From an uncultured Chlamydiales bacterium (GTDB lineage: Bacteria > Chlamydiota > Chlamydiia > Chlamydiales > JAAKFR01): a stretch of DNA of 64,000 bases. The translations under genes and the position numbers were made by a program. The notes beneath the pieces were generated by a model. The model worked only from the letters and a program-made list of their open reading frames with translations, was not told the DNA's origin and searched no databases. Positions 1 through 9,837 of the stretch are shown piece after piece. The stretch spans positions 27,611-91,610 of the forward strand of contig CAVPKN010000016.1 of assembly GCA_963705695.1 (NCBI GenBank). The letters run 5' to 3'. How positions within the stretch are numbered: the stretch's first letter is position 1; each line of letters begins with the position of its first letter.

Positions 1-1
1 A

Positions 2-895
2 AAAATAGATGCTCAGAGAAGAAAATATGGGCAATATGTATTAACGGGATCGCAGATTTTCTCTTTAATGAAAGGTGTGTCTGAATCTTTAGCGGGTCGC
101 CTCGCCATCTTCACCCTCTATCCATTGAGCTGGAGTGAGATACCCAATGCCAATCTCCATCACGAATTGACGGTGGCAGAACAGATGTTAAAAGGCTTTT
201 ATCCCGAATTTCAAGTGCAACCGCAACTGAATCCAAAATTTTGGCACAGCGCCTATGTGTCGACTTATCTGGAACGGGATCTACGGACTCTGCGTAACAT
301 TCATGACTTGGGACAATTTCAACGTTTTCTTGTTTTGTTGGCTGCTCGAGTGGGACAGATTCTCAATTTGAATGAAATTGGTAAGGAGTGTGGAATTTCG
401 CAGACAACAGCCAAAGATTGGCTCATGTTGCTGCAAGCAACCTCTATTATCTATCTTTTAGAGCCTTATTCTAGAAATATCACTAAGCGGGTGATCAAAT
501 CACCGAAATTGTTTTTTATCGATACAGGGCTTCTGTGCTATCTCTTGCGTATTGAGCACGTCGAGCAACTTATCCATTCCCCCTTTGGAGGACATCTCTT
601 TGAAAATATGGTAGTCATGGATGTCGTGAAGCAGTTTGCCGAAAAAGGGGAGAGGGCGCCTTGCTATTTTTACCGAACGAGTTCGGGGGCCGAGATCGAT
701 CTGCTTGTGGATTATGGAGATTATCTTCACGCTTATGAGATTAAGTTCTCTGCGACGCCCACAATGGAGATGACGCGCGCACTGGCTCAATTTGCTCAAG
801 AGCATCACGTGAAAAAAGCGCTTCTTCTAAACCTTCGCTCCGAATCGCTTCCCTTCTCAAATGGCGTCACTGCCAAACACTGGTCCTCTATATAG
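2..895 (+). CDS. AAA+ ATPase with DUF4143-type C-terminal domain (5' end lies upstream of the window)
   Basis: The frame is open from nt 2 (KIDAQRRKYGQYVLTGSQIFSL precedes the first Met at 68). SLAGRL, YLERDLR and FFIDTGL-type motifs match my memory of DUF4143 ATPases. Confidence 0.7.
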   Translation, partial: KIDAQRRKYGQYVLTGSQIFSLMKGVSESLAGRLAIFTLYPLSWSEIPNANLHHELTVAEQMLKGFYPEFQVQPQLNPKFWHSAYVSTYLERDLRTLRNIHDLGQFQRFLVLLAARVGQILNLNEIGKECGISQTTAKDWLMLLQATSIIYLLEPYSRNITKRVIKSPKLFFIDTGLLCYLLRIEHVEQLIHSPFGGHLFENMVVMDVVKQFAEKGERAPCYFYRTSSGAEIDLLVDYGDYLHAYEIKFSATPTMEMTRALAQFAQEHHVKKALLLNLRSESLPFSNGVTAKHWSSI

Positions 896-1193
896 TCGAT
901 TCAACTTGAAATGACGCCCTATAAAGTTTAGGGCCGACAAAGGAATTTTTTCAACCGAAAGTGTTACCTATGTGGGTGAACCAGATGTAACCTATGTGAC
1001 CGATCGGACCTGGTGGTTAGAAAATCCATAGCCAGTCTCAGGTGGCTTTTATATCATGCGAGGTCCGGTTTTTAGGGTTTTTCCCAGGGGAAGGGCTGGG
1101 TGGTTGGGGGTGGGGCAGGTTGCTCTCCGAGGGAAGGGGAGAGGGTTTCTATGATATTGCCGATAAGGGAGCCCAAGCCACTGTTTGAGCGGG

Positions 1194-4100
1194 TTAAAAT
1201 GAATGCCAATCGTTTGGCAGCAGAGCCCAGTCGAGATCGAGATGGTCTGTCGTTCCCTTCATTTTCACCTGAAACATATCTTTTTCACGAAGACCAGAAA
1301 CTTTAAGCCTTTGACTCAACGTTGTTTCGGCTATTCCAAGCGTCATATTGACTTGGTTATTTAAAAGATTGATGCTTCCCCACAAGGCAATATGGATCGA
1401 ATTGGCGAGGAGGGCATCGAACCGTTGGTAGGAGGCAACACCATTATGATAGGTAAGCGTAATCGGGGTAAACCAAGCCTCCATCAATCCATCAGGGGAG
1501 ATCTCTTTGGCTTTCAAAAACTCCATCAAAGTTTGGATGTTACCCCCGTTGCGCACTCTGATTTTCCCAATGTCGACGACGGCATGCCCAATTTCGACAT
1601 TCTGAAGGGAATACGGTCTTAAAGGGATTGAAAAACCCTGTGGGTAAATATAGAGCTTGATAGGGTGATCGGAATAAGCTCCTGTTAGCAAAAGGGGATT
1701 GATATCTTTTAAAAAAACCTCATTTACAGCTTCGGTAAGAGTGATTTCAGCATCGACATAATCTCTTAAAAATAGGGCATGGGGTTGTAGCTGTAGAGGG
1801 AGTAGGGCTTTGAAATTTGAGGATTTGACGTCGATCGTAATCGGACCCGCCAGTTGGGAGATCTCTCCTTGAATCTTTGCATTCACGAGATCTCCTAAAA
1901 GAGCTTGTGCCATGGCCCGTGACTCTGGATCAAGGGGAATAATTCCCAAAATCGGATGAACGGGGAGTAGATCTAAATTTAGAACTCCTTTCAGTGTGAG
2001 CCTTTCCCGGTTGAACTTACCCGTTTTTGTCCAAAAATTTAACATCTGCCCCTCAAAGGAGAACGCAGATTTTTCATTCTGTGGAACGGGGGGCGCTACG
2101 ATTTCACCATTGAGAGTTAAATCGATCGCTTCGGAAAAGTTAGCTCCTTTGATCGAGCCCTTGATCTCTTGAAAAACAATCCTTTCTTGCCGTTGTCGCC
2201 CTTGAAATATTGCAGAGGAAATTTGCAGCGTGCCTACGAAGCCACTTTGGCAAAGAAAGGGACCTAGTTTTTTAGGCCACTCTGTAGGACAGGTAAATTC
2301 ACTGATATGAATCGCAATTTGTGTTGGCTTTGTCAGAATAAAAGTCGATTCTGACTCGGGCTTCACTTGAAACCGTTGCATTAACGCAGCATACCGTTCT
2401 GGGGTCATCTGCCATTCGATATAGGAGGGTCGTGTTTGGCTGACTTTCAGGGTTCCATCAATAGAAACAGCTAAAGACGCTGCAAATCCTTCCCCCTTGG
2501 CGTTGAGATCGAGATTCAATTTAGGGTCTTGATGGGGAGCATAATACCCATTTGCATCGAGAGTGAGAGTCGATCCAATAAAAGGGCTCAAATCGATGGT
2601 TTCAGAGATAAAAGGATTGACTAACTGTGTTGGAAACTGCGAGAGATGGCAGACAAAACGGGAGATCGATTGATCGAAGTTAATTTCATGATCAGAGATG
2701 AAAGAGCAGATTTCGACATTGAGTTCGATCCCACTCCCTTCTATTTTTGCAAGAAGCTGATTTTTAGAGCCATCGACTTGAAAAAAGAGAAGGGTTGGGG
2801 AGGGGCGGGTGGGGTGCTTGAGGGCAGTTGGGAGAAGGCACCGGTCGCAACGAGGTGGATCTGATCGGGGGTTAGTGGTTGTTCTGCGGTGCCAAGCCTC
2901 CCTTTGAGATCAAGATGGAAATAGGGATTTGAGAGACGTCCATGCACCGTGGGGATGTAAAATTGTTTCCCGCTATCGTGGAGGGTGCCTTGAAATGCAA
3001 AATTCACCGAGTCACCTACAATGGAGGCTATTTCTTTTGAGATAACATGTGTGCCCTGCGCTGTAAAATGGAGTGTTGTGAGACCCCCTTTCAAGGTCGA
3101 TGTCAGTTCAGTGATTGGGGATGTGATGCCGATCTCACTGTCAACGATGCCATTGATTGAGTGCCTTCGGCAGCCAAATCAAATTGATTGCCAAAAACAA
3201 ATCTCAGTTTGGAACCCACTTCACTCGCAAATAATTCGAGAAGGGTAACGGGAAAACCTTTAAAATGAACATCGTATAAAATTTCTTTAGTAGGTGTGAC
3301 GGAGAGATGACCGGTCAGTTGTGTCGCCTCTCCCCAAAATTTCCCCCTGATAATTGATTTCTAAGTTGTTTGCAGAAATTAAAGAGAGATTGAATTGTTT
3401 TAAGGTGTAGCTACCAAGGCCTGCATGGTGCAATTCGGCACGCTCGACTGTGGCAGCAGCTGGAGTGTGATATCGCGAAATGTCGTTTTTTCACCCGCTT
3501 TTTCTTTTGATCGTTCCAGCGGAAAACGTGCTTTTTCGAGGTTAATGTTGAGTTGGGTTTTGCTGGCCAGATCCCAATTCCCTCTTTGTTTTTCGTCGAC
3601 TAAGAGTTTAAAAAAGGCGGGTGTTAAGGTGTATTGGAGTTGTGTTTGAGGGGAGAGGACAAATTCCTTCCCCTCCGTTGATCCCTCAATGAATACTGTT
3701 TAAATTTTCACTTTGAGCCACCCCTTTTGCAAAAAAATTTCCCCTCTCATTTTTCCCCACATGTAATTGAAGATTGAGAGTAGGACCTAACGCTTCGCTA
3801 TAAAAGGGGGAAGGGTTGCATTCATCGAAAATAACAACAGGGAGATCAATGATTTGCACATCTGCTGTCCGCTCGTGCCAATTGCCTCTGATGATTGTTG
3901 AGCCCTGTTTTCCAAGATATTCAGATTGAGCGGCTAAATAAAAAGGTGCCCCATTTTTTTCGACTTCAATATCAAAAAAAGTGGCTGAGCTCCCTTTTTT
4001 TTAAAAAATACGATTTTCCCCTTGTGCACAAACACATTACTTTTTTTATTGGCACACAACAAATGACCCCATTGGCGATTGGAAATTTTTTTTTGCTCTG

Positions 4101-4483
4101 AGGCCTTCTCCGTTTCCCCTCTCCACATTCTTGCCCATTCAGCAGCAGATAGGGAGATTGCAGCACCGTATCTCCTAAGGTACGTCCCCGAATGCCAAAT
4201 AAAGGAGAGAGGTATTGGTTTCTCCACTTTGCAAGGAAAAAATAAGATTCCCCTCTCCATCATGAAAAGCAACCTCTTGAACGCGTTGCTTTCCCAGCCA
4301 ATTCAGTTCCAATTTTTTTATGGTGAGCTTTCCTTTTGAATGGGAATTGATCCATTTTAAGGTGGTCTCCGTTCCTGAAGGAGATGAGATCCATGATGTT
4401 GTAGCTGCTAAAATCAATATAAAAAGGGCGACAAGAAGAATAAGAACCAGTAATGGATTTTTTATTTTTTTCCACATCTTCAT
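1194..4483 (-). pseudogene. AsmA/TamB-like envelope protein, heavily degraded
   Basis: Minus-strand fragments 4175..4483 (N-terminal TM anchor plus AsmA-like N-domain), 3934..4272, 2741..3094 and 1194..2591 lie in different frames. Region 3095..3933 has no ORF of 60 aa or more, and my hand translation shows several in-frame stops. The C-terminal FQVKMKGTTDHLDLDW resembles AsmA-type ends. Confidence 0.5.
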
Positions 4484-4489
4484 TATTTA

Positions 4490-5797
4490 TCAAATGTTTC
4501 TGAGCAAAATGTTTCCATCGGAGCTTTCAATGGCTGCGCTAAATTTTTTTAAACTGTCCAAAATCTGCGACACTTCGTGAGAGGGAGGTAAGGGGATGGT
4601 CTCGCCACTCTCATTAAGCATATCAATTACCTTTTTTATTGTCAGGCGCTCGATGCTGAGAGCGGGTTGGTAACACTCTTCTTGATCTTGCCCCCGTTTT
4701 ACTTCTATGAGTATCTTTGCGCGAATGAGCTGCTGAAGCAATTGTCGCACGAGCATCAAGGGAATCGAGAGATTATTAGAGATCTCTATCGCGGAGGGAG
4801 GCGTTAATTCTCGATCAAATGCTTTAATGCAGAGATGGGCAATACGGAGAGCGCAGATCATACGGATTTTTCTGCTGAGTTTAACTTCCTCTGTAATGAA
4901 TTCGTACGAATCAACATTTTGGATTGAAAAAGAGAGCTTTGCGCCCAGAAGCACAATCACCCAACTGAGGTGAAGCCAAATTAAGAAAAGAGGAAAGGCG
5001 GCAAATGTGCCATAGATGGCATTATACTCAGACACACCGATTTGGAAATAAAAGTAGATCCATTGGATCACTTGGTAGAAAAAGGCGGTAAAGATGCCAG
5101 CAATGAGGGCAGGGGTAAAACGGACCCGAGTATTGGGAATAAAGATGTAGATAAAAGTAAATACTAAGGCATTGAGAAAGAAACTAAACGCATTCACTAA
5201 AAAGATGAGGAAGGGTAGGATATCTGCTAAGACTTTCCCTTTTTTTAGTACCGCAATAAATGCAGAGATATAACCGGGTAGCCCGCTAGATAAGAAAATA
5301 ACGAGGGGAGCTAAAAAAAGCATCGCCATGTAATCGATCATCTGTTTTTTTAAGGAGCGCCCCTTATCGATCTCCCAAATCCGGTTCATGACGTATTCGA
5401 TATTCATTAAAATATTGATCGCCGACCAAATCAAAATCAAGATACCAATACCTGCAATCACCCCACCATTGGCTTGTTGGAGTGAGGTATTGGCAAATTT
5501 AAAAATATTTTTAATTATCTCTTGCTGTTCAGAAAATTGACGGAGGAGCCAAGCCTCTAATGTTTTTTCAAATTCAAACCCACGAGCCACACCGATTAAC
5601 ATTGCAATGATAGGGACAACGGCTAAAAGGGAATAATAAGTGAGAGAAGAGGCTCCCTGGGTGATTTGGCTTTTTGTAAATCCCCGGTGGATCAATAACA
5701 GAATACGTAAAAAACGGTAACAGTACGCTTTCCATTTCGGCAGTTTTGTCAGCTGCACATGCCAGATCTCTTTTTTTAAAAAGGGGGCCAGTTTCAT
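4490..5797 (-). CDS. YihY/BrkB-family inner membrane protein with a C-terminal winged-helix-like extension
   Basis: The N-terminal GASSLTYYSLLAVVPIIAML motif and polytopic profile are typical of YihY. The last ~110 aa resemble an Rrf2-type wHTH. A 4-nt ATGA overlap joins it to the upstream methyltransferase gene. Confidence 0.75.
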   Translation of the reverse strand: MKLAPFLKKEIWHVQLTKLPKWKAYCYRFLRILLLIHRGFTKSQITQGASSLTYYSLLAVVPIIAMLIGVARGFEFEKTLEAWLLRQFSEQQEIIKNIFKFANTSLQQANGGVIAGIGILILIWSAINILMNIEYVMNRIWEIDKGRSLKKQMIDYMAMLFLAPLVIFLSSGLPGYISAFIAVLKKGKVLADILPFLIFLVNAFSFFLNALVFTFIYIFIPNTRVRFTPALIAGIFTAFFYQVIQWIYFYFQIGVSEYNAIYGTFAAFPLFLIWLHLSWVIVLLGAKLSFSIQNVDSYEFITEEVKLSRKIRMICALRIAHLCIKAFDRELTPPSAIEISNNLSIPLMLVRQLLQQLIRAKILIEVKRGQDQEECYQPALSIERLTIKKVIDMLNESGETIPLPPSHEVSQILDSLKKFSAAIESSDGNILLRNI

Positions 5798-6555
5798 TCT
5801 ATTTTTTGCACCAAAAAGGTTAGAAATAGAGGAAATTCGGAGCGCGCTCTGTTTTCCATTTTGGCCATTTTCCCAACGCTCTCTTTATCGGAGATCCACT
5901 CCTCCATGATGAGTGTGACAAAGCCAGCGTTTGCTAAATAGCGGCTGTAATCACTGATACTGTGGTGAAAGGAAAACAGGGTTTGAGAGGAGCGACCTTG
6001 GCTGGGGTGGATTTGTATCGGAATTTTCATCGAAGAAAGGTACCGATCGAGCCGCCGGTATTGTATTTTTTTCCCTTCATCGATTCCCCAACTCGATTGG
6101 CGAGGGATGCGAAAGCAGGGATGATTGAGAACAACCGCTAAAAGCCCTCCTGTCACCAAATGCGCTGCGGCTTGCTCGATCGCTTTCTGAGGCTCGGAAA
6201 TATTTTGTAGGGCAAGAACGATGACGGCATGGCTAAAATCTTTTTTTTCGATCGGAAGGGGGTTGCAGATATCGGCAACTTCAAAGCGCTTGGTCGTCTG
6301 TTTTCCCATTTTACTTTTTGCTTGTGCAATCAGCGAGGGTGCGATATCGATGCCGCAGTAGTTCGTATTTCGGGGGAGATGGCGCGCTAAGACCCCCTGA
6401 CCACATGCTAAATCAAGTAGTGAAGGGGAGGGAAAATTCTCTAAATCAAGCAATTTAAGTAAATTCGGGATAACAACATGTTGATGGTAGTAATGCCCCT
6501 CTTCTCCAACTATCTGATCGTACCATTTATCGACAGCTTCCCACCCAACATTCAT
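5794..6555 (-). CDS. class I SAM-dependent methyltransferase
   Basis: LDLACGQGVLARHL (motif I) followed by YCGIDIAP. The size and layout fit small-molecule or RNA methyltransferases. Confidence 0.75.
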   Translation of the reverse strand: MNVGWEAVDKWYDQIVGEEGHYYHQHVVIPNLLKLLDLENFPSPSLLDLACGQGVLARHLPRNTNYCGIDIAPSLIAQAKSKMGKQTTKRFEVADICNPLPIEKKDFSHAVIVLALQNISEPQKAIEQAAAHLVTGGLLAVVLNHPCFRIPRQSSWGIDEGKKIQYRRLDRYLSSMKIPIQIHPSQGRSSQTLFSFHHSISDYSRYLANAGFVTLIMEEWISDKESVGKMAKMENRARSEFPLFLTFLVQKIE

Positions 6556-6624
6556 GATTCTGTTAACCTACATTAGACATCTTTTTTCAAGCACAGCCAA
6601 TTACGCAAGAAGTCTATTTTGATG

Positions 6625-7698
6625 TCAGGCAATAGTAATTTGATTGCTGAGATAGACGTCCTGGATCAGGTTAAACATTTTAATTCCCTCTTCAAGGGGG
6701 CGTTGAAACGCTTTTCTTCCCGAAATAAGGCCAATTCCCCCAGCACGCTTATTGATTACAGCCGTTCTCACTGCGTCGGCAAAATCGTTTTTCGAAGAGG
6801 CTCCCCCAGAATTAATCAAACCACATCGCCCCATATAGCCGTTAATCACTTGATAGCGACAGAGATCGATCGGATGGGGAGAACTCAATTTTGTATAAAC
6901 CGCCTCAGTCGTTTTCCCAAATTTCAATGCGGTATATCCCCCATTATTCGTTGGCAGTTTTTGTTTGACAATGTCGGCTCCAAGAGTGGCGCCTAAATGA
7001 TCGGCTTGCCCTGTCAAGTCGGCAGCTGTGTGAAAGTCATTTTGCGGAGTAGCAAATGCGGGATTGCGCAAATAGCACCACAAAATGGTGGCCATTCCCA
7101 GCTCATGAGCGTGGGCAAAGGCTTTCCCTATTTCCACGATCTGCCTTCCACTCTCTTGCGATCCGAAATAGATCGTAGCCCCGACAGCTGCGGCCCCCAT
7201 ATCATAAGCAGCTTGGACGGTTGTAAAGAAGATCTGATTGTATACATTGGGGTAGGTGAGAAGTTCATTGTGATTGAGTTTTACAATGAAGGGGATCTTA
7301 TGCGCGTATCTTCTGGCAACCATACTCAAAACGCCGAAAGTTGAGGCGACTGCGTTACACCCTCCTTCAAGGGCGAGCAAAACAATATTTTCTGGGTCAA
7401 AATAATCGGGATTTGTTGCAAAAGAAGCTCCGGCTGAGTGCTCTACCCCTTGATCCACAGGGAGAATAGAAAGATACCCTGTGCCTGCAAGTCGTCCCGT
7501 ATTGAATAGAGCTTGCAAATTGCGCAAGACGCGGATGTTTCGATCGGAACAGTGAAAAATCCGATCGATCCAATTGCCATCAGGAATGTGAAGTCGCTCC
7601 TTCGTCACTGTATTGCATGTATGATTGAGGAGGGAATCGGCCTCATCTCCTAAAAGCTTTTCAATTTCAGATAGCTGCGTCGCAACACTCGATGGCAT
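6625..7698 (-). CDS. fbaB: class I fructose-bisphosphate aldolase, DhnA/FbaB type
   Basis: Near-colinear similarity to E. coli FbaB as I recall it ([48 protein letters not shown] end). I moved the start to ATG 7698, preceded by AGGAGGAG. The 44 upstream codons of the ORF-track model read through a repeat element. Confidence 0.93.
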   Translation of the reverse strand: MPSSVATQLSEIEKLLGDEADSLLNHTCNTVTKERLHIPDGNWIDRIFHCSDRNIRVLRNLQALFNTGRLAGTGYLSILPVDQGVEHSAGASFATNPDYFDPENIVLLALEGGCNAVASTFGVLSMVARRYAHKIPFIVKLNHNELLTYPNVYNQIFFTTVQAAYDMGAAAVGATIYFGSQESGRQIVEIGKAFAHAHELGMATILWCYLRNPAFATPQNDFHTAADLTGQADHLGATLGADIVKQKLPTNNGGYTALKFGKTTEAVYTKLSSPHPIDLCRYQVINGYMGRCGLINSGGASSKNDFADAVRTAVINKRAGGIGLISGRKAFQRPLEEGIKMFNLIQDVYLSNQITIA

Positions 7699-7707
7699 AC
7701 TCCTCCT

Positions 7708-7873
7708 AACCTGAGTTTTGGGTTTATCTTTCTTGTAATCAGAGGTTTTTTTTGAGCGCAAATTGCGATTTTTTGCGCTGATCATAGTCGCAGGCGCTAC
7801 TTTCAAGCAAAAACGCGCGATTTGCGCCAAAAAAGGCTCTGATGACGAGGAAGATCAACTCGAAATTCAGGTT
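7708..7873. mobile_element. MITE-like repeat, family B, full-length copy (B1)
   Basis: About 35-bp terminal inverted repeats (AACCTGAGTTTTGGGTTTATCTTTCTTGTAATCAGAG vs CTCTGATGACGAGGAAGATCAACTCGAAATTCAGGTT) flank a GAGCGCAAATTGCG...GCGCGATTTGCGCC core. Related copies lie at 17627, 34895 and 20094. Confidence 0.8.
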
Positions 7874-7980
7874 CTCAAATAACGGATTGATTTCCACTTT
7901 TCTTATTATACTATTAATTTATCCCAAGAGGAAATAATTTTTCACAAATATTTTTACCTCTGATAAAATTGCGCGATTAT

Positions 7981-8982
7981 ATGCAAAAAAAGATTATCGA
8001 GATAAAAAATCTCACAAAACGTTTTGCTTCTCATACAGCGCTAAACGGGATTAACCTCTCAGTTAACCAGGGTGAGATCTGCGGAATCATCGGCATGAGT
8101 GGCGCGGGCAAATCGACGCTGATTCGCTCCTTAGCGTGTCTGGAAAAACCGACGAGTGGTTCTATTTTTTTACTGGGAAAAGAATTAACCGCCCTCCCCA
8201 AAAAAGCGCTCCGTTCCATCCGTAAACAAATGGGGATGATTTTTCAGCATTTTAATTTATTTTCCTCCCGCACGGCACTAGAAAATATCACCTATCCCTT
8301 AGAAATAGAGGGTGTACCAAAAGTGGAGAGGAGGCAAAGAGCTGCTGAGCTCCTGGAATTGGTCAACTTGCGGGGAAAGGAGGAGTATTATCCGGCACAA
8401 CTGAGCGGCGGGGAGAAACAACGTGTAGCTATTGCCAGGGCGCTTGCGAGTCGCCCGGCGCTATTGCTCAGCGACGAGGCCACCTCAGCTCTAGATCCAC
8501 AATCCACGCAATCGATTTTAGATCTGCTACGCCGTTTGAACGAACTGTTGGGTTTAACTATTTTTCTGATCACCCATGAAATGGAGGTGATTAAACAGAT
8601 TTGCACCCATGTTGCTGTATTAGAGCAGGGTGAAATTGTAGAACAAGGAGCTACCAAAGAGCTATTTGCCATGGCCCAGCACTCCACTACACAACGGTTT
8701 CTGCAGAATATGAGCCATGACGTGCCGGAGAGTCTGCTGATCAGGCAGGAGAACCTTGAAATTTTACGTCTCACATTTACAGGTACGAGCGCTGGAGAGC
8801 CTGTGATCTGCCGCATGATCCGTCAATTTCAGGTCGATGTTAATATTTTGCTGGGGGGGATCGATCATCTCCGTGCCGGCGTTGTTGGTAATCTCGTGAT
8901 CGCCCTCTCTGGCCCTGTTGAGGAGAGAAAGAAAGCTGTCCTTTTTTTAGAGCATTCGGGCGTTAGGTGTGTCAAATTATGA
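7981..8982 (+). CDS. metN: methionine ABC importer, ATP-binding subunit
   Basis: Walker A GMSGAGKST, signature LSGGEKQR, Walker B LLLSDEATSALD, and a C-terminal NIL/ACT-like domain. I prefer ATG 7981 over TTG 7969. Confidence 0.9.
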   Translation: MQKKIIEIKNLTKRFASHTALNGINLSVNQGEICGIIGMSGAGKSTLIRSLACLEKPTSGSIFLLGKELTALPKKALRSIRKQMGMIFQHFNLFSSRTALENITYPLEIEGVPKVERRQRAAELLELVNLRGKEEYYPAQLSGGEKQRVAIARALASRPALLLSDEATSALDPQSTQSILDLLRRLNELLGLTIFLITHEMEVIKQICTHVAVLEQGEIVEQGATKELFAMAQHSTTQRFLQNMSHDVPESLLIRQENLEILRLTFTGTSAGEPVICRMIRQFQVDVNILLGGIDHLRAGVVGNLVIALSGPVEERKKAVLFLEHSGVRCVKL

Positions 8983-9143
8983 ACCTATCCCACTATTGGC
9001 AAAAAGTGCCTTTTAAGTCTTTTTCCGCATCTTTTAGAGCCGCTTCTCGGCCTACCTACCAAAGTATGCCCTTCGAAGCGGCTCTAAAATCTGCAAAAAA
9101 ATCCTTTAAAAATCACATTTTTCGAATAGTGGGATAGGTTCAT
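8979..9143. mobile_element. Palindromic MITE-like element, family C (C1), inserted exactly at the metN/metI junction
   Basis: 19-bp perfect inverted termini ATGAACCTATCCCACTATT / AATAGTGGGATAGGTTCAT, plus an inner perfect 15-bp stem TTTTAGAGCCGCTTC / GAAGCGGCTCTAAAA. ATGAA is present at both ends. Confidence 0.8.
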
Positions 9144-9837
9144 GAATTTCAGCAGCAATCTTGAATTTGCCCTTCGTGTGATCCCCAAGGAGTTATTTAA
9201 CACTATTTATATGGTAGTGGTTTCTGGGTTTTTTGCTTTTTTGCTAGGTCTTCCGATGGGAATGATTTTAACTCTCACTGATCGTGGCGGGTTGAAAGAA
9301 CATCGGGTTTTCAATCGTATCCTTGGAATGGCTGTCAATATAGGGCGTTCGATCCCCTTTGCCATCTTGATTGTTGCTATCTTTCCTCTGACTCGTTTTA
9401 TCGTAGGTACCAGCATTGGAACAACAGCCTCGATTGTTCCTTTAACAATCGCAGCAGCTCCCTTTCTGGCTCGTGTCGTTGAGTCAGCATTTAAAGAGCT
9501 TGATCCCTCAATTATTGAAGCCGCTATCGTCATGGGGTCGACAACCAGGCAAGTGATTTGGAAAATTTTTCTTCCCGAATCCCTCCCCACTCTCATTCGC
9601 GGGACAGCATTAATGGGAGTCAATTTAGTGGGGTATAGCGCCATGGCAGGACTTGTCGGAGGTGGGGGTTTGGGAAAAGTGGCCATACAATATGGGTATC
9701 AAAGGTTTAATGGATTTTTAATGGTCGTAACGCTAATCTTGCTTTTAATTTTGGTTGAATTAATCCAATGGGTCGGTAATTTCCTCTCACGAGCCGTTTT
9801 ACGGAAGAGAGGAGCGCAGAGAGGACACAACGAATGA
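9142..9837 (+). CDS. metI: methionine ABC importer, permease
   Basis: Five-TM MetI-type permease profile. It overlaps metQ by 4 nt. Confidence 0.9.
   Translation: MNFSSNLEFALRVIPKELFNTIYMVVVSGFFAFLLGLPMGMILTLTDRGGLKEHRVFNRILGMAVNIGRSIPFAILIVAIFPLTRFIVGTSIGTTASIVPLTIAAAPFLARVVESAFKELDPSIIEAAIVMGSTTRQVIWKIFLPESLPTLIRGTALMGVNLVGYSAMAGLVGGGGLGKVAIQYGYQRFNGFLMVVTLILLLILVELIQWVGNFLSRAVLRKRGAQRGHNE

Noticed and set aside
500-808. Antisense or shadow ORFs inside well-supported genes (e.g. 500..808, 8388..8816, 9207..9686, 21005..21322, 27165..27761, 40281..40619, 42692..42991, 52135..52458, 55993..56277)
   Set aside because: Each lies wholly within a longer ORF on the other strand or frame that has strong family motifs. 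They have no RBS and a composition typical of antisense translation.
958-1030. Short direct repeat GTTACCTATGTG / GTAACCTATGTG and a long imperfect hairpin (CGGACCT...AGGTCCG-TTTTT) downstream of the DUF4143 ATPase gene
   Set aside because: This could be a terminator or another repeat relic, but it is a single occurrence in the window with weak pairing. That is not enough to call it a feature.
1086-1145. G-rich tracts (1086-1145 and the similar 2788-2835) as G-quadruplex or regulatory elements
   Set aside because: The second tract lies inside the decayed AsmA-like gene, where it encodes a Pro-rich stretch on the minus strand, and the first lies just past that gene's stop. There are only two loosely similar copies, so I cannot support a function from sequence alone.
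7699-7830. N-terminal 44 codons of the ORF-track model for the aldolase gene (6625..7830)
   Set aside because: These codons are a translation of the family-B repeat and are absent from FbaB homologues as I recall them. An internal ATG at 7698 with an AGGAGGAG RBS gives a protein colinear with E. coli FbaB.
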